A stretch of 62,927 nt of DNA from an uncultured Rikenellaceae bacterium (GCA_964383915.1 CAYLJE010000003.1:1-62927), one strand, 5' to 3'. Positions 28,565-37,560 are shown, counted from the stretch's first letter. Notes: generated by a model not told the origin, from the letters alone. Numbers and translations are program-made.

Positions 28565-29904
28565 TGAAGAAACTGTGGGATAAGAACCTGCCTTTAGACC
28601 AGGCTATTGAACAATTTACCATCGGAAACGATGCCATTCTGGACATGGACCTGGCTCCTTATGATATTATCGGATCCATTGCTCATGTGAAAATGCTACG
28701 GCAGGTCAACCTGCTCACATCAGAAGAAGAAAAAAAACTAACCGGAGAACTCAGGGTTTTATACCGACAGGTTGAGTCCGGGGCTTTTATTATTGAGCCG
28801 GGAATAGAGGACATACATTCCCAGGTGGAAAAAATGTTAACGGATAAACTGGGAGAGACAGGAGAAAAAGTGCATACGGCCAGATCCAGAAATGATCAGA
28901 TCATCCTGGACATCCGGTTATTTACCCGCGACAAACTGGCTCATATCCGGGACAGAATACTCATCTTGTTTAATTTATTAGTAAGTCTCAGTGAGAAGCA
29001 CAAAGATCACCTGATGCCCGGATACACACATTTCCAGGTGGCCATGCCTTCTTCTTTCGGACTCTGGTTTGGATCCTTTGCCGAAAGTCTTGCTGATGAC
29101 GTGTTACTGTTAAACGCTGCATACCGTGTTACCAATCAGAATCCGCTTGGGTCGGCTGCCGGTTACGGGTCTTCTTTTCCTATTAACAGAGAGATTACCA
29201 CCCGTTTGCTGGGGTTTGATGGCTTAACGGTTAACTCAATTTATGCCCAGGCCGGGAGAGGAAAAACAGAGAAAACAACTGCCTTCGCTCTGGCTTCCGT
29301 AGCATCTTCTTTGGGCAGGCTGGCTATGGATGCGGTGTTGTTTATGAATCAAAATTTCGGGTTCATGGAGTTGCCGGATGCTTATACTACCGGATCAAGT
29401 ATCATGCCCCATAAAAAGAATCCGGATGCTTTTGAACTGGTCCGTGCCCGCTGTAACAAGATGCAGGCCTTGCCCAACGAAATCCAGCTGATCATGGGGA
29501 ACCTGCCAACAGGCTATCACCGGGATTTTCAACTGTTAAAAGAATCTTATTTGCCCGCTTTTAATACCCTCGACAGTTGCCTGAAGATAACCATCTTGTT
29601 GTTACAAAATCTACACATCAGGAAGGATATTCTGGGGAAAGATATTTATCGCTATATATACAGTGTAGAGGAAGTCAACAGGTGGGTCAGTCAGGGTATT
29701 CCCTTCAGGGAAGCTTACAGAAAAGTGGCTGAAGAAATCCGCACCGGCCAGTTTCATCCTCCTGAAAAAGTAGCATATACTCACCTTGGGAGTATAGGGA
29801 ACCCGGGCAATGATAAGATCAAAAATAAAATGGATATTATCGTAAAAGAAGTGGACTATCACAAGGCGGAACAATCTATCCGGTTACTAATAAAGCAGGA
29901 TTAA
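28564..29904 (+). CDS. argH: Argininosuccinate lyase
   Basis: HTARSRNDQ, MPGYTHFQ and GSSIMPHKKNPD motifs; TAATG overlap with proC. Confidence 0.96.
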   Translation: MKKLWDKNLPLDQAIEQFTIGNDAILDMDLAPYDIIGSIAHVKMLRQVNLLTSEEEKKLTGELRVLYRQVESGAFIIEPGIEDIHSQVEKMLTDKLGETGEKVHTARSRNDQIILDIRLFTRDKLAHIRDRILILFNLLVSLSEKHKDHLMPGYTHFQVAMPSSFGLWFGSFAESLADDVLLLNAAYRVTNQNPLGSAAGYGSSFPINREITTRLLGFDGLTVNSIYAQAGRGKTEKTTAFALASVASSLGRLAMDAVLFMNQNFGFMELPDAYTTGSSIMPHKKNPDAFELVRARCNKMQALPNEIQLIMGNLPTGYHRDFQLLKESYLPAFNTLDSCLKITILLLQNLHIRKDILGKDIYRYIYSVEEVNRWVSQGIPFREAYRKVAEEIRTGQFHPPEKVAYTHLGSIGNPGNDKIKNKMDIIVKEVDYHKAEQSIRLLIKQD

Positions 29905-29917
29905 AAGGACATAAGAG

Positions 29918-30601
29918 ATGAACCAGGACCAAAAAAAGATCGTAGTTAAAGTAGAAATTCATGTTCTACTGGGGGAGGATGGAACCTTTGACCGGGCCAG
30001 AATGGAACGTTTGACCATGATTCTTTCCAATATGGTGAATAGCGGAGCACAAATATTTATTGTATCCTCCGGAGCCATTTTTTTGGGGGCACAAAAACTC
30101 GGGCTGGGAGATCAGCCGGAAGAACTGGTAGAAAAACAAGCCATTGCTGCCGTAGGTCAGGCAGAGTTAATGAAGTTATACCATAGTTATTTTGAAGGTT
30201 ATAACCAGACGGTGGCCCAGGTTCTTCTGACCGGGGATATCTTTTCAGATCCTGTCCGGCGTGAATATGCCAGAAATACTTTAACACATCTTTCCGTGCT
30301 GGGAGTTATTCCTGTCATCAATGAAAATGATTCAGTATCTACAGAAGATATCGAACTAAATGACAACTATTATCTGGTCAGGAATGTAGCTGACCTGATC
30401 GGGGCACATTTACTATTAATAAAGGGGAAAGGACAGCATCAATATGTTTTGATTACCAGGGATCCCGGCATCCTGCCCTTTATCACGGAAGAGAAGCGGT
30501 TAATGGATGATATTCTGGGGTTAAAAGCAGTCACAGATCATCCCGGTTATACCGGTAAAGTTTTTCCGGACCGCCTTCCCCGCGAAATTCTCCAGACATA
30601 A
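29918..30601 (+). CDS. Degenerate glutamate 5-kinase paralog, probably catalytically impaired
   Basis: Keeps VSSGAI, KQAIAAVGQ and PVINENDSVS. Has VKVE in place of VKxGS/T and lacks the L(S/T)DxDGLY and GTGGMxxK motifs. Confidence 0.75.
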   Translation: MNQDQKKIVVKVEIHVLLGEDGTFDRARMERLTMILSNMVNSGAQIFIVSSGAIFLGAQKLGLGDQPEELVEKQAIAAVGQAELMKLYHSYFEGYNQTVAQVLLTGDIFSDPVRREYARNTLTHLSVLGVIPVINENDSVSTEDIELNDNYYLVRNVADLIGAHLLLIKGKGQHQYVLITRDPGILPFITEEKRLMDDILGLKAVTDHPGYTGKVFPDRLPREILQT

Positions 30602-30616
30602 ATAGAAAAATAATAT

Positions 30617-31420
30617 ATGGATACACGAAAAAACCGGGGGAAAAATCGGATCGTTGTGAAAGTGGGGAGTTCTATCCTGTCTTTTTCCAATGGGAAAATC
30701 AACCTGCAATGGATTGAACAATTGGCCGGTGTTCTGAGCAATGTGCGGCATGCCGGAAAACAAGTGGTCCTTGTTTCTTCAGGTGCCATCGCCGTAGGGG
30801 GAGGATTACTGGGTATAAAGAAAAAGCCGGATACATTGCCTGAGAAACAGGCCCTGGCAGCCATAGGTCAGGCTGAACTGATGAGGATTTATCAGCGTTT
30901 TTTCGAGCCCCACAGACAAACGGTTGCGCAGGTATTGCTGACAAAAGACGGCCTGCAGGAAAAATCAAAGCGACAGAATGCCTATAACACGCTGAAGAAA
31001 TTATTGGGGATGGGTATCATTACTATCATTAACGAGAACGATACCGTTTCTACATTTGGTATCCGCTTTGGTAACAATGATGTACTGGCTGCCAATGTGG
31101 CGGCCCTGATAAAAGCAGATCTGTTGATTATTTTATCAGATATAGACGGTCTCTATACATCAGATCCGCGGACCGATCCGGAAGCTACCATTATTGATAC
31201 GGTCACAGAATTTTCTGCAGACATCTTGCTTTCGGCACAGGGGAGCAGAAACGCATTTGGCACAGGCGGCATGATGGTCAAGCTGGATGCTGCCCGTATC
31301 TGTATGGAGTCAGGGATCGATATGATCATTGCCAACGGCAAAAACCCGGAAATCATTTCGGACATTCTGGCCGGTAAAACCGTTGGGACCCTATTCACAA
31401 AATATTATCTGAAAGATTAA
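30617..31420 (+). CDS. proB: Glutamate 5-kinase (no PUA domain)
   Basis: VVKVGSS, VSSGA, INENDTV, LSDIDGLY and GTGGMMVK are all intact. Confidence 0.94.
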   Translation: MDTRKNRGKNRIVVKVGSSILSFSNGKINLQWIEQLAGVLSNVRHAGKQVVLVSSGAIAVGGGLLGIKKKPDTLPEKQALAAIGQAELMRIYQRFFEPHRQTVAQVLLTKDGLQEKSKRQNAYNTLKKLLGMGIITIINENDTVSTFGIRFGNNDVLAANVAALIKADLLIILSDIDGLYTSDPRTDPEATIIDTVTEFSADILLSAQGSRNAFGTGGMMVKLDAARICMESGIDMIIANGKNPEIISDILAGKTVGTLFTKYYLKD

Positions 31421-31442
31421 ACAAATTAAAAATAATTGCCAT

Positions 31443-32693
31443 ATGCATGAAGAACTGGAACAAAAGGGAAAAAAAGCCAAAAAAGCGAGTATTTTTTTAC
31501 GTGCAGCGAACACAGCAAATAAGGACAAAGCTCTTCTCAAGGCTGCAGGCCTGTTGAGAATAAAAGCGAAAGAGATTCTGGATGCCAATAGTCGCGATGT
31601 GGAAGAGGCAAAAAGAAACAATATCAGTGGAGCTTTTCTCGACAGGCTGGTACTCAATACTGACCGTATTGAGAGTATGGCAGAGGGATTGGAAGAGGTG
31701 ACTGCCCTGCATGATCCTGTGGGAGAGGTTGTCTCGATGGTAAAAAGACCCAACGGCCTGATGATCGGGAAACAGCGGGTTCCTATCGGGGTCATCGGCA
31801 TCATTTATGAATCACGTCCCAATGTGACCGCAGATGCTTTCGGACTTTGCCTGAAGGCTGGGAATGCTTCCCTTTTACGGGGAGGGAAAGAGGCCATCCA
31901 CTCAAACCAGGCTATACGTAAAATATTACAGGAGGCCCTGACAGCCTGTAATTTTCCCGCTGAGGCTGTTCAGGTAGTCGAAGACACTTCACGTGAGAGT
32001 GCAAGGGAGATGATGAAGATGAATAAATACCTGGACCTGCTGATCCCGCGGGGAGGGGCAGGTCTGATTCGGACTGTCGTGGAAAACAGTTCTGTACCTG
32101 TGATTGAGACAGGCGTTGGGAACTGTCATGTATTTGTGGATAAATATGCTGATTTTGAAAAGGCTGTCGCTATTACGGTCAATGCCAAGACCCATCGTCC
32201 GGGGGTGTGCAATGCAGCAGAGACCCTTTTGGTGCACAGAGATATTGCAGATACTTTTATCCCGGCAGTGTGTCAGGCGCTGGCGGATAAAAAAGTAGAG
32301 ATCAGGGGAGATAAAACGGTAATAAAATATTACCCGGACGCTGTTCCGGCGACCGAAAAAGACTGGGGAACCGAATACCTCGACCTTATTCTGGCCGTAA
32401 AAACTGTTGACTCTCTTGACGAAGCCATTGACCATATCTCCAAATACGGGACAGGTCATTCGGAAAGCATTGTAACGGAAAATTATACCCATGCCCAGGA
32501 TTTTTTGAATCGTATTGATGCAGCTGCCGTTTATGTCAATGCTTCTACCCGGTTTACTGACGGTTACGAATTCGGTTTCGGAGCAGAAATCGGTATCAGT
32601 ACCCAGAAACTACATGCCCGTGGGCCAATGGGCCTGAACGAATTGACGAGCAACAAATACATTATATATGGGAACGGCCAGATCCGGGAGTAA
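31443..32693 (+). CDS. proA: Gamma-glutamyl phosphate reductase
   Basis: GIIYESRPNV, RPGVCNAAET, NASTRFTDG and HARGPMGL motifs. Confidence 0.96.
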   Translation: MHEELEQKGKKAKKASIFLRAANTANKDKALLKAAGLLRIKAKEILDANSRDVEEAKRNNISGAFLDRLVLNTDRIESMAEGLEEVTALHDPVGEVVSMVKRPNGLMIGKQRVPIGVIGIIYESRPNVTADAFGLCLKAGNASLLRGGKEAIHSNQAIRKILQEALTACNFPAEAVQVVEDTSRESAREMMKMNKYLDLLIPRGGAGLIRTVVENSSVPVIETGVGNCHVFVDKYADFEKAVAITVNAKTHRPGVCNAAETLLVHRDIADTFIPAVCQALADKKVEIRGDKTVIKYYPDAVPATEKDWGTEYLDLILAVKTVDSLDEAIDHISKYGTGHSESIVTENYTHAQDFLNRIDAAAVYVNASTRFTDGYEFGFGAEIGISTQKLHARGPMGLNELTSNKYIIYGNGQIRE

Positions 32694-32713
32694 TCAGGGG
32701 AATGAATTTTTTA

Positions 32714-32721
32714 TAATTTTG
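32714..32721 (+). promoter_or_regulatory. Bacteroidetes -7 element (TAATTTTG) upstream of the DUF4491/uORF/TonB-receptor unit
   Basis: Exact TAnnTTTG match about 50 nt before the ATG at 32774. Confidence 0.5.
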
Positions 32722-32773
32722 CCAATAAATATCTGTTTGTATTATTCAAAATTTAATCCTGTTTATACCCCTT

Positions 32774-33067
32774 ATGCCGAACATGAATATTGATGGTTTT
32801 CTTTTGGGATTATTTGTATTTTTTCTCATTGGTTTATTCCATCCCATTGTCATTAAAATGGAATATTATTTTGGAAAGGGTTATTGGTGGATACTATGCT
32901 TTCCCGGAATAATATTTGTGTTTGCTTCCTTATTTTTGCAGGGGATATATTCTATGGGGGCGGGCCTTATCGGTTTTGTATTGTTGTGGAGTACTCAAGA
33001 ACTTTTTAAACAACATCAAAGGGTAAAAAAAGGACAGGCACGAAAAAACCCGAAAAGAACTTACTAA
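32774..33067 (+). CDS. DUF4491-like small membrane protein, copy 1
   Basis: FLIGLFHPIVIKMEYYFG and WSTQELFKQHQRV..KNPKR, three TM helices. Confidence 0.8.
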   Translation: MPNMNIDGFLLGLFVFFLIGLFHPIVIKMEYYFGKGYWWILCFPGIIFVFASLFLQGIYSMGAGLIGFVLLWSTQELFKQHQRVKKGQARKNPKRTY

Positions 33068-33068
33068 T

Positions 33069-33380
33069 ATGATTCTCATTGTTTTATTGCATTCTTTTCA
33101 TCTGGATGGAATTGTCTTAGGCGGGGCAACATATATCATTATTCTGTTAGGAAGATATTCCTGTATTGCCGGAGAATATTATTTCACGAAGAAAATCTGG
33201 AAGCTGTTTCTGGGACTTGGTCTGTTATCATTAGTGTTGTCTTTGTTTGTTTCCAATTTAATGCTTTCCGGCATATTATCTATTACGGGATTTACGTATC
33301 TTTGGGGCATAAAAGAAGTGATAGAACAGGAAAAACGGGTTCATAAAGGTTGGTTTCCCAAAAACCCTAAAAGGAGATAA
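33069..33380 (+). CDS. DUF4491-like small membrane protein, copy 2
   Basis: GEYYFTKKIW and LWGIKEVIEQEKRVHKGWFPKNPKRR; paralog of the upstream gene. Confidence 0.8.
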   Translation: MILIVLLHSFHLDGIVLGGATYIIILLGRYSCIAGEYYFTKKIWKLFLGLGLLSLVLSLFVSNLMLSGILSITGFTYLWGIKEVIEQEKRVHKGWFPKNPKRR

Positions 33381-33381
33381 A

Positions 33382-33774
33382 ATGTTTTTCAGTGGCATAT
33401 TCTCGTCTCATGTAGCATTCATTGCCATGTATGCGGGATTCCTGTATTATATTTTGCAGGCTGTCACTTTTGGTATTCAAAAAAGTGATAAAATCTTTCC
33501 TGCCCAACCCAAAGCCCAGGAACAGTCCGTTCTTTTTTCAGGGGAAAACATAGATGTCGTTTTACTTCGTGCCTATCAACCGGAGAACTTTACGAAGGAT
33601 AAACAAGAATCAACACACATTGAGAAAACGCTTCGTATTTATTCTTTTTATTTTCTATATCATTTTATTTCACTGTATATTCCTTACTCAGGAGGGAAAT
33701 ATCTGCAGTATTTTCTAAAAGCCATTTCTTTACGGGCTCCTCCTTTGTTTTCATTTTTTAGCAGCTTTAAATAA
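33382..33774 (+). CDS. Candidate RAPP-type translation-arrest leader protein upstream of a TonB-dependent receptor
   Basis: 130 aa with an N-terminal hydrophobic segment and SLRAPP at aa 116-121 (RAPP codons 33733-33744), 9 aa before the stop. Confidence 0.6.
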   Translation: MFFSGIFSSHVAFIAMYAGFLYYILQAVTFGIQKSDKIFPAQPKAQEQSVLFSGENIDVVLLRAYQPENFTKDKQESTHIEKTLRIYSFYFLYHFISLYIPYSGGKYLQYFLKAISLRAPPLFSFFSSFK

Positions 33775-33790
33775 ATATCCTGTATTCTTT

Positions 33791-33840
33791 TTTATCCGGT
33801 TCCCATAGAAGGCAACATTCCTTCTGTGGGGAAGGATAAA
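33791..33840 (+). terminator. Long imperfect stem-loop between the RAPP ORF and the receptor (attenuator-like)
   Basis: tttatcc-ggt-tcccatagaagg-caacatt-ccttctgtgggga-a-ggataaa. No 3' U tract, so not a classic intrinsic terminator on the + strand. Confidence 0.55.
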
Positions 33841-33883
33841 GGTTTATAGGGTTCCCATTTTATAATATTTAAATAATAGAACA

Positions 33884-35977
33884 ATGAAAACATTTGTCAT
33901 AATTGTATTTATATTAATAACAGTTTCATTAGAAGCTTTTCCCCAGAAAAATTTTATGGTTGTTGACACAACCCGGGCTATTGCCTTAAAAGAAGTTATA
34001 ATACAAGCGGAGAAATCAGATGAAAAACTTCAAAAAATCCCGGCTTCTGCCAGTTTGATTTCTCAGCAGCGGATTCAGGTGCAGGAAATACAAGCGCTTA
34101 CTGATTTAAGTGCCAGGATACCTGATTTTTTTATACCTGACTATGGTACCCGTCTGACAACCCCTGTTTATATCAGGGGCATCGGTTCCCGGATAGGGGC
34201 TCCTTCTGTTGGACTGTATGTAGATAATATCCCTTATTTCGACAGAGGTTCTTTTAACTTTCAATTTTTAGATCTTAAAAAAATAGAAGTCTTACGGGGT
34301 CCTCAGGGAACATTGTATGGCAGGAATACCATGGGGGGTTTGATCAAAATTTATACCACAGATCCGACAAACAAGCAGGAGGGGGACCTGAGGGTTAACT
34401 ATGGTAATGATAATCAGATCCATACAATGTTCAGGTTTAATCAGCCGGTAAGTAAAAAAATGCAGGTGTTATTGGATGGATCCTTTCTGCATCGGGATGG
34501 TTTTTTTACCAATACATTCAATAATAAGAAAGCAGATGGTTTGAATACGTGGTCGGGACGCATAAAGATGGCTTATCATGCTTCCCGTAAAATGAAAATT
34601 ATATGCTCGGCGGATTATGAAAAGAATGACCAAAACGGTTATCCTTACGGGTTATATAACGATTCCTTGCAAACAGGCAATCCCGTAAATTATAATCAAC
34701 CCAGTGCATATAATCGTGATTTGTTTTCATCCGGCTTGAATGTCAATTATATTGGAAACAGGTTTATTGTCAGCACGGCAACCAGTTACCAATATCTGAA
34801 TGATCATCAGAGAATTGACCAGGATTTTTTACCTGTATCGTTATTTTATGTTAGGCAAGACAGAATCCATCATACGGTGGCACAGGAGTTTACCATTCAT
34901 TCAAAAAATAATGTACGACTCCAGTGGCTGGCAGGTGCTTTTGGTTTTTTACGTTTTAAGAACAAACAGGTTGGGGTAGATTTTGACGGAATCTATAATA
35001 CAAGATATCATTTACAGAATAAAAACAAAACATACAATCAACCAACGAAAGGAGCCGCAATATATGGGCAAGTATCTTATCCTTTCTGGAAATTTACAGT
35101 AACGGGAGGATTAAGAATGGATTATGAAGTGTCCCGGTTGGCATATAATTACGATCTGGTTCTTACAACAAGTGATACTATACATACAAATTTTGATCAT
35201 CATCTGCAATTTACTCAGATCCTTCCAAAGATTACTGTATCTTTTCCGTTAAAGGAGAATATTAATACATACGTTGCTGTTACCAGGGGATATAAAACAG
35301 GAGGTTTTAATTCTACCTTTGAACGGAAAGAAGACCAAACGTATGCTCCGGAATACAGCATAAATTATGAAACAGGGATAAAATCCTCTTTATATCATAA
35401 CAGGGTCAAAGCCAATCTGTGTCTTTTCTATATAGATTGGCGTAATCAACAGGTATATCAGCCTATCCCCAGCGGACAAGGTGCTATGCTAAAGAATGCC
35501 GGCCATTCAATCAGCAGGGGCGTTGAAATTGAACTACTTGCCATGGTGTATAAGAATCTTGAAGTCTGGACAAGTTTCGGATATAATCATGCGCAATACC
35601 TTCATTATAAGAAAGACTCTCTCCATATATATGATGGAAACCATCTCGTTTATATTCCATCCTTTACCTTGAATGCCGGATTTGATTATTCGATATATCT
35701 CTCCAATACTTCTCCGATAAAAAAAATATTGTTGAATATGAACTATCAACGTCTTGGGAGAATGTATTGGAATGATTCGAATACAGCATATCAGGATGAC
35801 TACGGATTACTCAATGGAAGATTATCTTTTGAAGCAAAAAAAATGGCTGTGGGCCTATGGAGTAAAAACATGTTGAATGCCAGATATTATTCATTTTATT
35901 TTGAAGAGCTTGGAAATGCTTATGTACAACAGGGGACCCCATTTCAGATAGGTCTTTTTATCCAAAAGAAATTCTAA
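33884..35977 (+). CDS. TonB-dependent receptor (iron-siderophore/FyuA-like plug)
   Basis: Signal peptide, plug motifs YIRGIG, GLYVDNIP and IEVLRGPQGTLYGRNTMGG, C-terminal F. Confidence 0.92.
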   Translation: MKTFVIIVFILITVSLEAFPQKNFMVVDTTRAIALKEVIIQAEKSDEKLQKIPASASLISQQRIQVQEIQALTDLSARIPDFFIPDYGTRLTTPVYIRGIGSRIGAPSVGLYVDNIPYFDRGSFNFQFLDLKKIEVLRGPQGTLYGRNTMGGLIKIYTTDPTNKQEGDLRVNYGNDNQIHTMFRFNQPVSKKMQVLLDGSFLHRDGFFTNTFNNKKADGLNTWSGRIKMAYHASRKMKIICSADYEKNDQNGYPYGLYNDSLQTGNPVNYNQPSAYNRDLFSSGLNVNYIGNRFIVSTATSYQYLNDHQRIDQDFLPVSLFYVRQDRIHHTVAQEFTIHSKNNVRLQWLAGAFGFLRFKNKQVGVDFDGIYNTRYHLQNKNKTYNQPTKGAAIYGQVSYPFWKFTVTGGLRMDYEVSRLAYNYDLVLTTSDTIHTNFDHHLQFTQILPKITVSFPLKENINTYVAVTRGYKTGGFNSTFERKEDQTYAPEYSINYETGIKSSLYHNRVKANLCLFYIDWRNQQVYQPIPSGQGAMLKNAGHSISRGVEIELLAMVYKNLEVWTSFGYNHAQYLHYKKDSLHIYDGNHLVYIPSFTLNAGFDYSIYLSNTSPIKKILLNMNYQRLGRMYWNDSNTAYQDDYGLLNGRLSFEAKKMAVGLWSKNMLNARYYSFYFEELGNAYVQQGTPFQIGLFIQKKF

Positions 35978-35980
35978 GTT

Positions 35981-36175
35981 ATGGTTAAATCACCTGTCAG
36001 TAAATACATTACATTACTGAACCTGTATCTGGCCCAGTCGATTCCGATGAGTTTCTTCTCTACGGTACTTCCCGTGATTATGCGTACGGAACACTACTCG
36101 TTAACCTCTATCGACGATACAGGATATTCCCACCGATTTTATACCGGGAAACAGACTCATTTACAAAACCAATAA
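35981..36175 (+). pseudogene. 5' fragment of an AmpG/RhtX/FptX-family MFS permease, truncated after about 44 codons
   Basis: LYLAQSIPMSFFSTVLPVIMR matches TM1 of this family. The expected GLLQL.KLPW.LK continuation is replaced by unrelated sequence after about 36113. Confidence 0.75.
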
Positions 36176-36185
36176 CATATACATC

Positions 36186-37559
36186 ATGAATATACCTAAG
36201 TCCCTCATCAAAAAATACAACGTGCCGGTACCACGCTATACCAGCTATCCCCCGGCTAATTTTTTTCATAGTAGATTTACCGGAGAGGATATTAGAAAAA
36301 CGATTATCAACTCCAATGCAGATCAGCCGGAAAATATTTCGCTATATATTCATATTCCGTTTTGTGCCAGATTGTGTCTCTATTGTGCCTGTAACACATA
36401 CATTTCACATGATAAAACGCTGATTCGCCAATATATAAAGACGTTAAAACAGGAAATATTGTTGGTAAGGGATCTGCTTAATTCCGAACGAAGGGTGTCT
36501 CAGGTACATTGGGGTGGAGGGACTCCTAATTATCTTCCTGCTAATTATATACAGGAAATCATGGATCTCCTGTATAAGCATTTTCGCTTTATTCCACAGC
36601 CGGAGATTGCCATGGAATGTCATCCGGCACATCTAACATACGATTATTTGGATAAACTGGATACATTGGGATTTAATCGTTTAAGTGTCGGTATTCAGGA
36701 TTTTAAAGAAGAGGTTCTGAAAAATGTCAACAGAGCATTACCGAATTTGCCGGTTGAAGAAATAGTTACTTTTCTGCATAAACGAAATATTTCGGTGAAT
36801 CTGGATTTTGTTTACGGTTTGCCCGGACAAACCACGGAAAGTTTTCGTAAGACCATAAAAAAAGCAGTAAATATTGCTCCCGACCGGTTGGCATTATTCT
36901 CTTATGCCCATGTGCCTTGGATTAAACCGTATCAGAAACTTCTGGAAAAATATGTTCTGCCGGATGCCGGGCTCAAAACTGCTTTGTTTGAAACAGCTTA
37001 TAAAATTTTAACGGATAATGACTATGTGTCGATTGGTTTAGACCATTTTGCAAAACCGGTAGATGAATTGAGCCTTGCGCTTGCAAATAAAACATTAAGT
37101 CGAAATTTTCAGGGTTATTGCACACGGCGAACGACCGGACAAGTGTATGCTTTTGGGGTAAGCGGTATCAGTCAGTTGAGCACTGGCTATTTGCAAAATA
37201 CAAAAGATTTAAAAGTGTACCGTGAAAGTATCGGAAAAGGTATTTTCCCTTTTGAAAAGGCCTATTTTTTAAATAAAAATGAGAAACTGATCAGGTACAT
37301 CATTACCGAAATCATGAGCAATCGATATATTTCTTTTGAGGCCATTGAAAAGCGGTTCAACCGCTCTTATGATACCATCCTGGATATTACCGGACTTGAC
37401 TTTGATAGACTTAAAGCATTTGAACAAGAGGGGCTTATAGAGATTTCCGGTAAGGAAATTTCAGTAACACATCAAGGGATGTTCTTTTTACGGAATATTG
37501 CATCTTCTTTTGATCCCTTAATTAAACAGACAGACAAACAATTTTCTAAATCTTTGTAA
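36186..37559 (+). CDS. hemN: Oxygen-independent coproporphyrinogen III oxidase
   Basis: PRYTSYP, HIPFCARLCLYCAC (CxxxCxxC), VHWGGGTP and RNFQGY motifs of true HemN. Confidence 0.93.
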   Translation: MNIPKSLIKKYNVPVPRYTSYPPANFFHSRFTGEDIRKTIINSNADQPENISLYIHIPFCARLCLYCACNTYISHDKTLIRQYIKTLKQEILLVRDLLNSERRVSQVHWGGGTPNYLPANYIQEIMDLLYKHFRFIPQPEIAMECHPAHLTYDYLDKLDTLGFNRLSVGIQDFKEEVLKNVNRALPNLPVEEIVTFLHKRNISVNLDFVYGLPGQTTESFRKTIKKAVNIAPDRLALFSYAHVPWIKPYQKLLEKYVLPDAGLKTALFETAYKILTDNDYVSIGLDHFAKPVDELSLALANKTLSRNFQGYCTRRTTGQVYAFGVSGISQLSTGYLQNTKDLKVYRESIGKGIFPFEKAYFLNKNEKLIRYIITEIMSNRYISFEAIEKRFNRSYDTILDITGLDFDRLKAFEQEGLIEISGKEISVTHQGMFFLRNIASSFDPLIKQTDKQFSKSL

Positions 37560-37560
37560 A

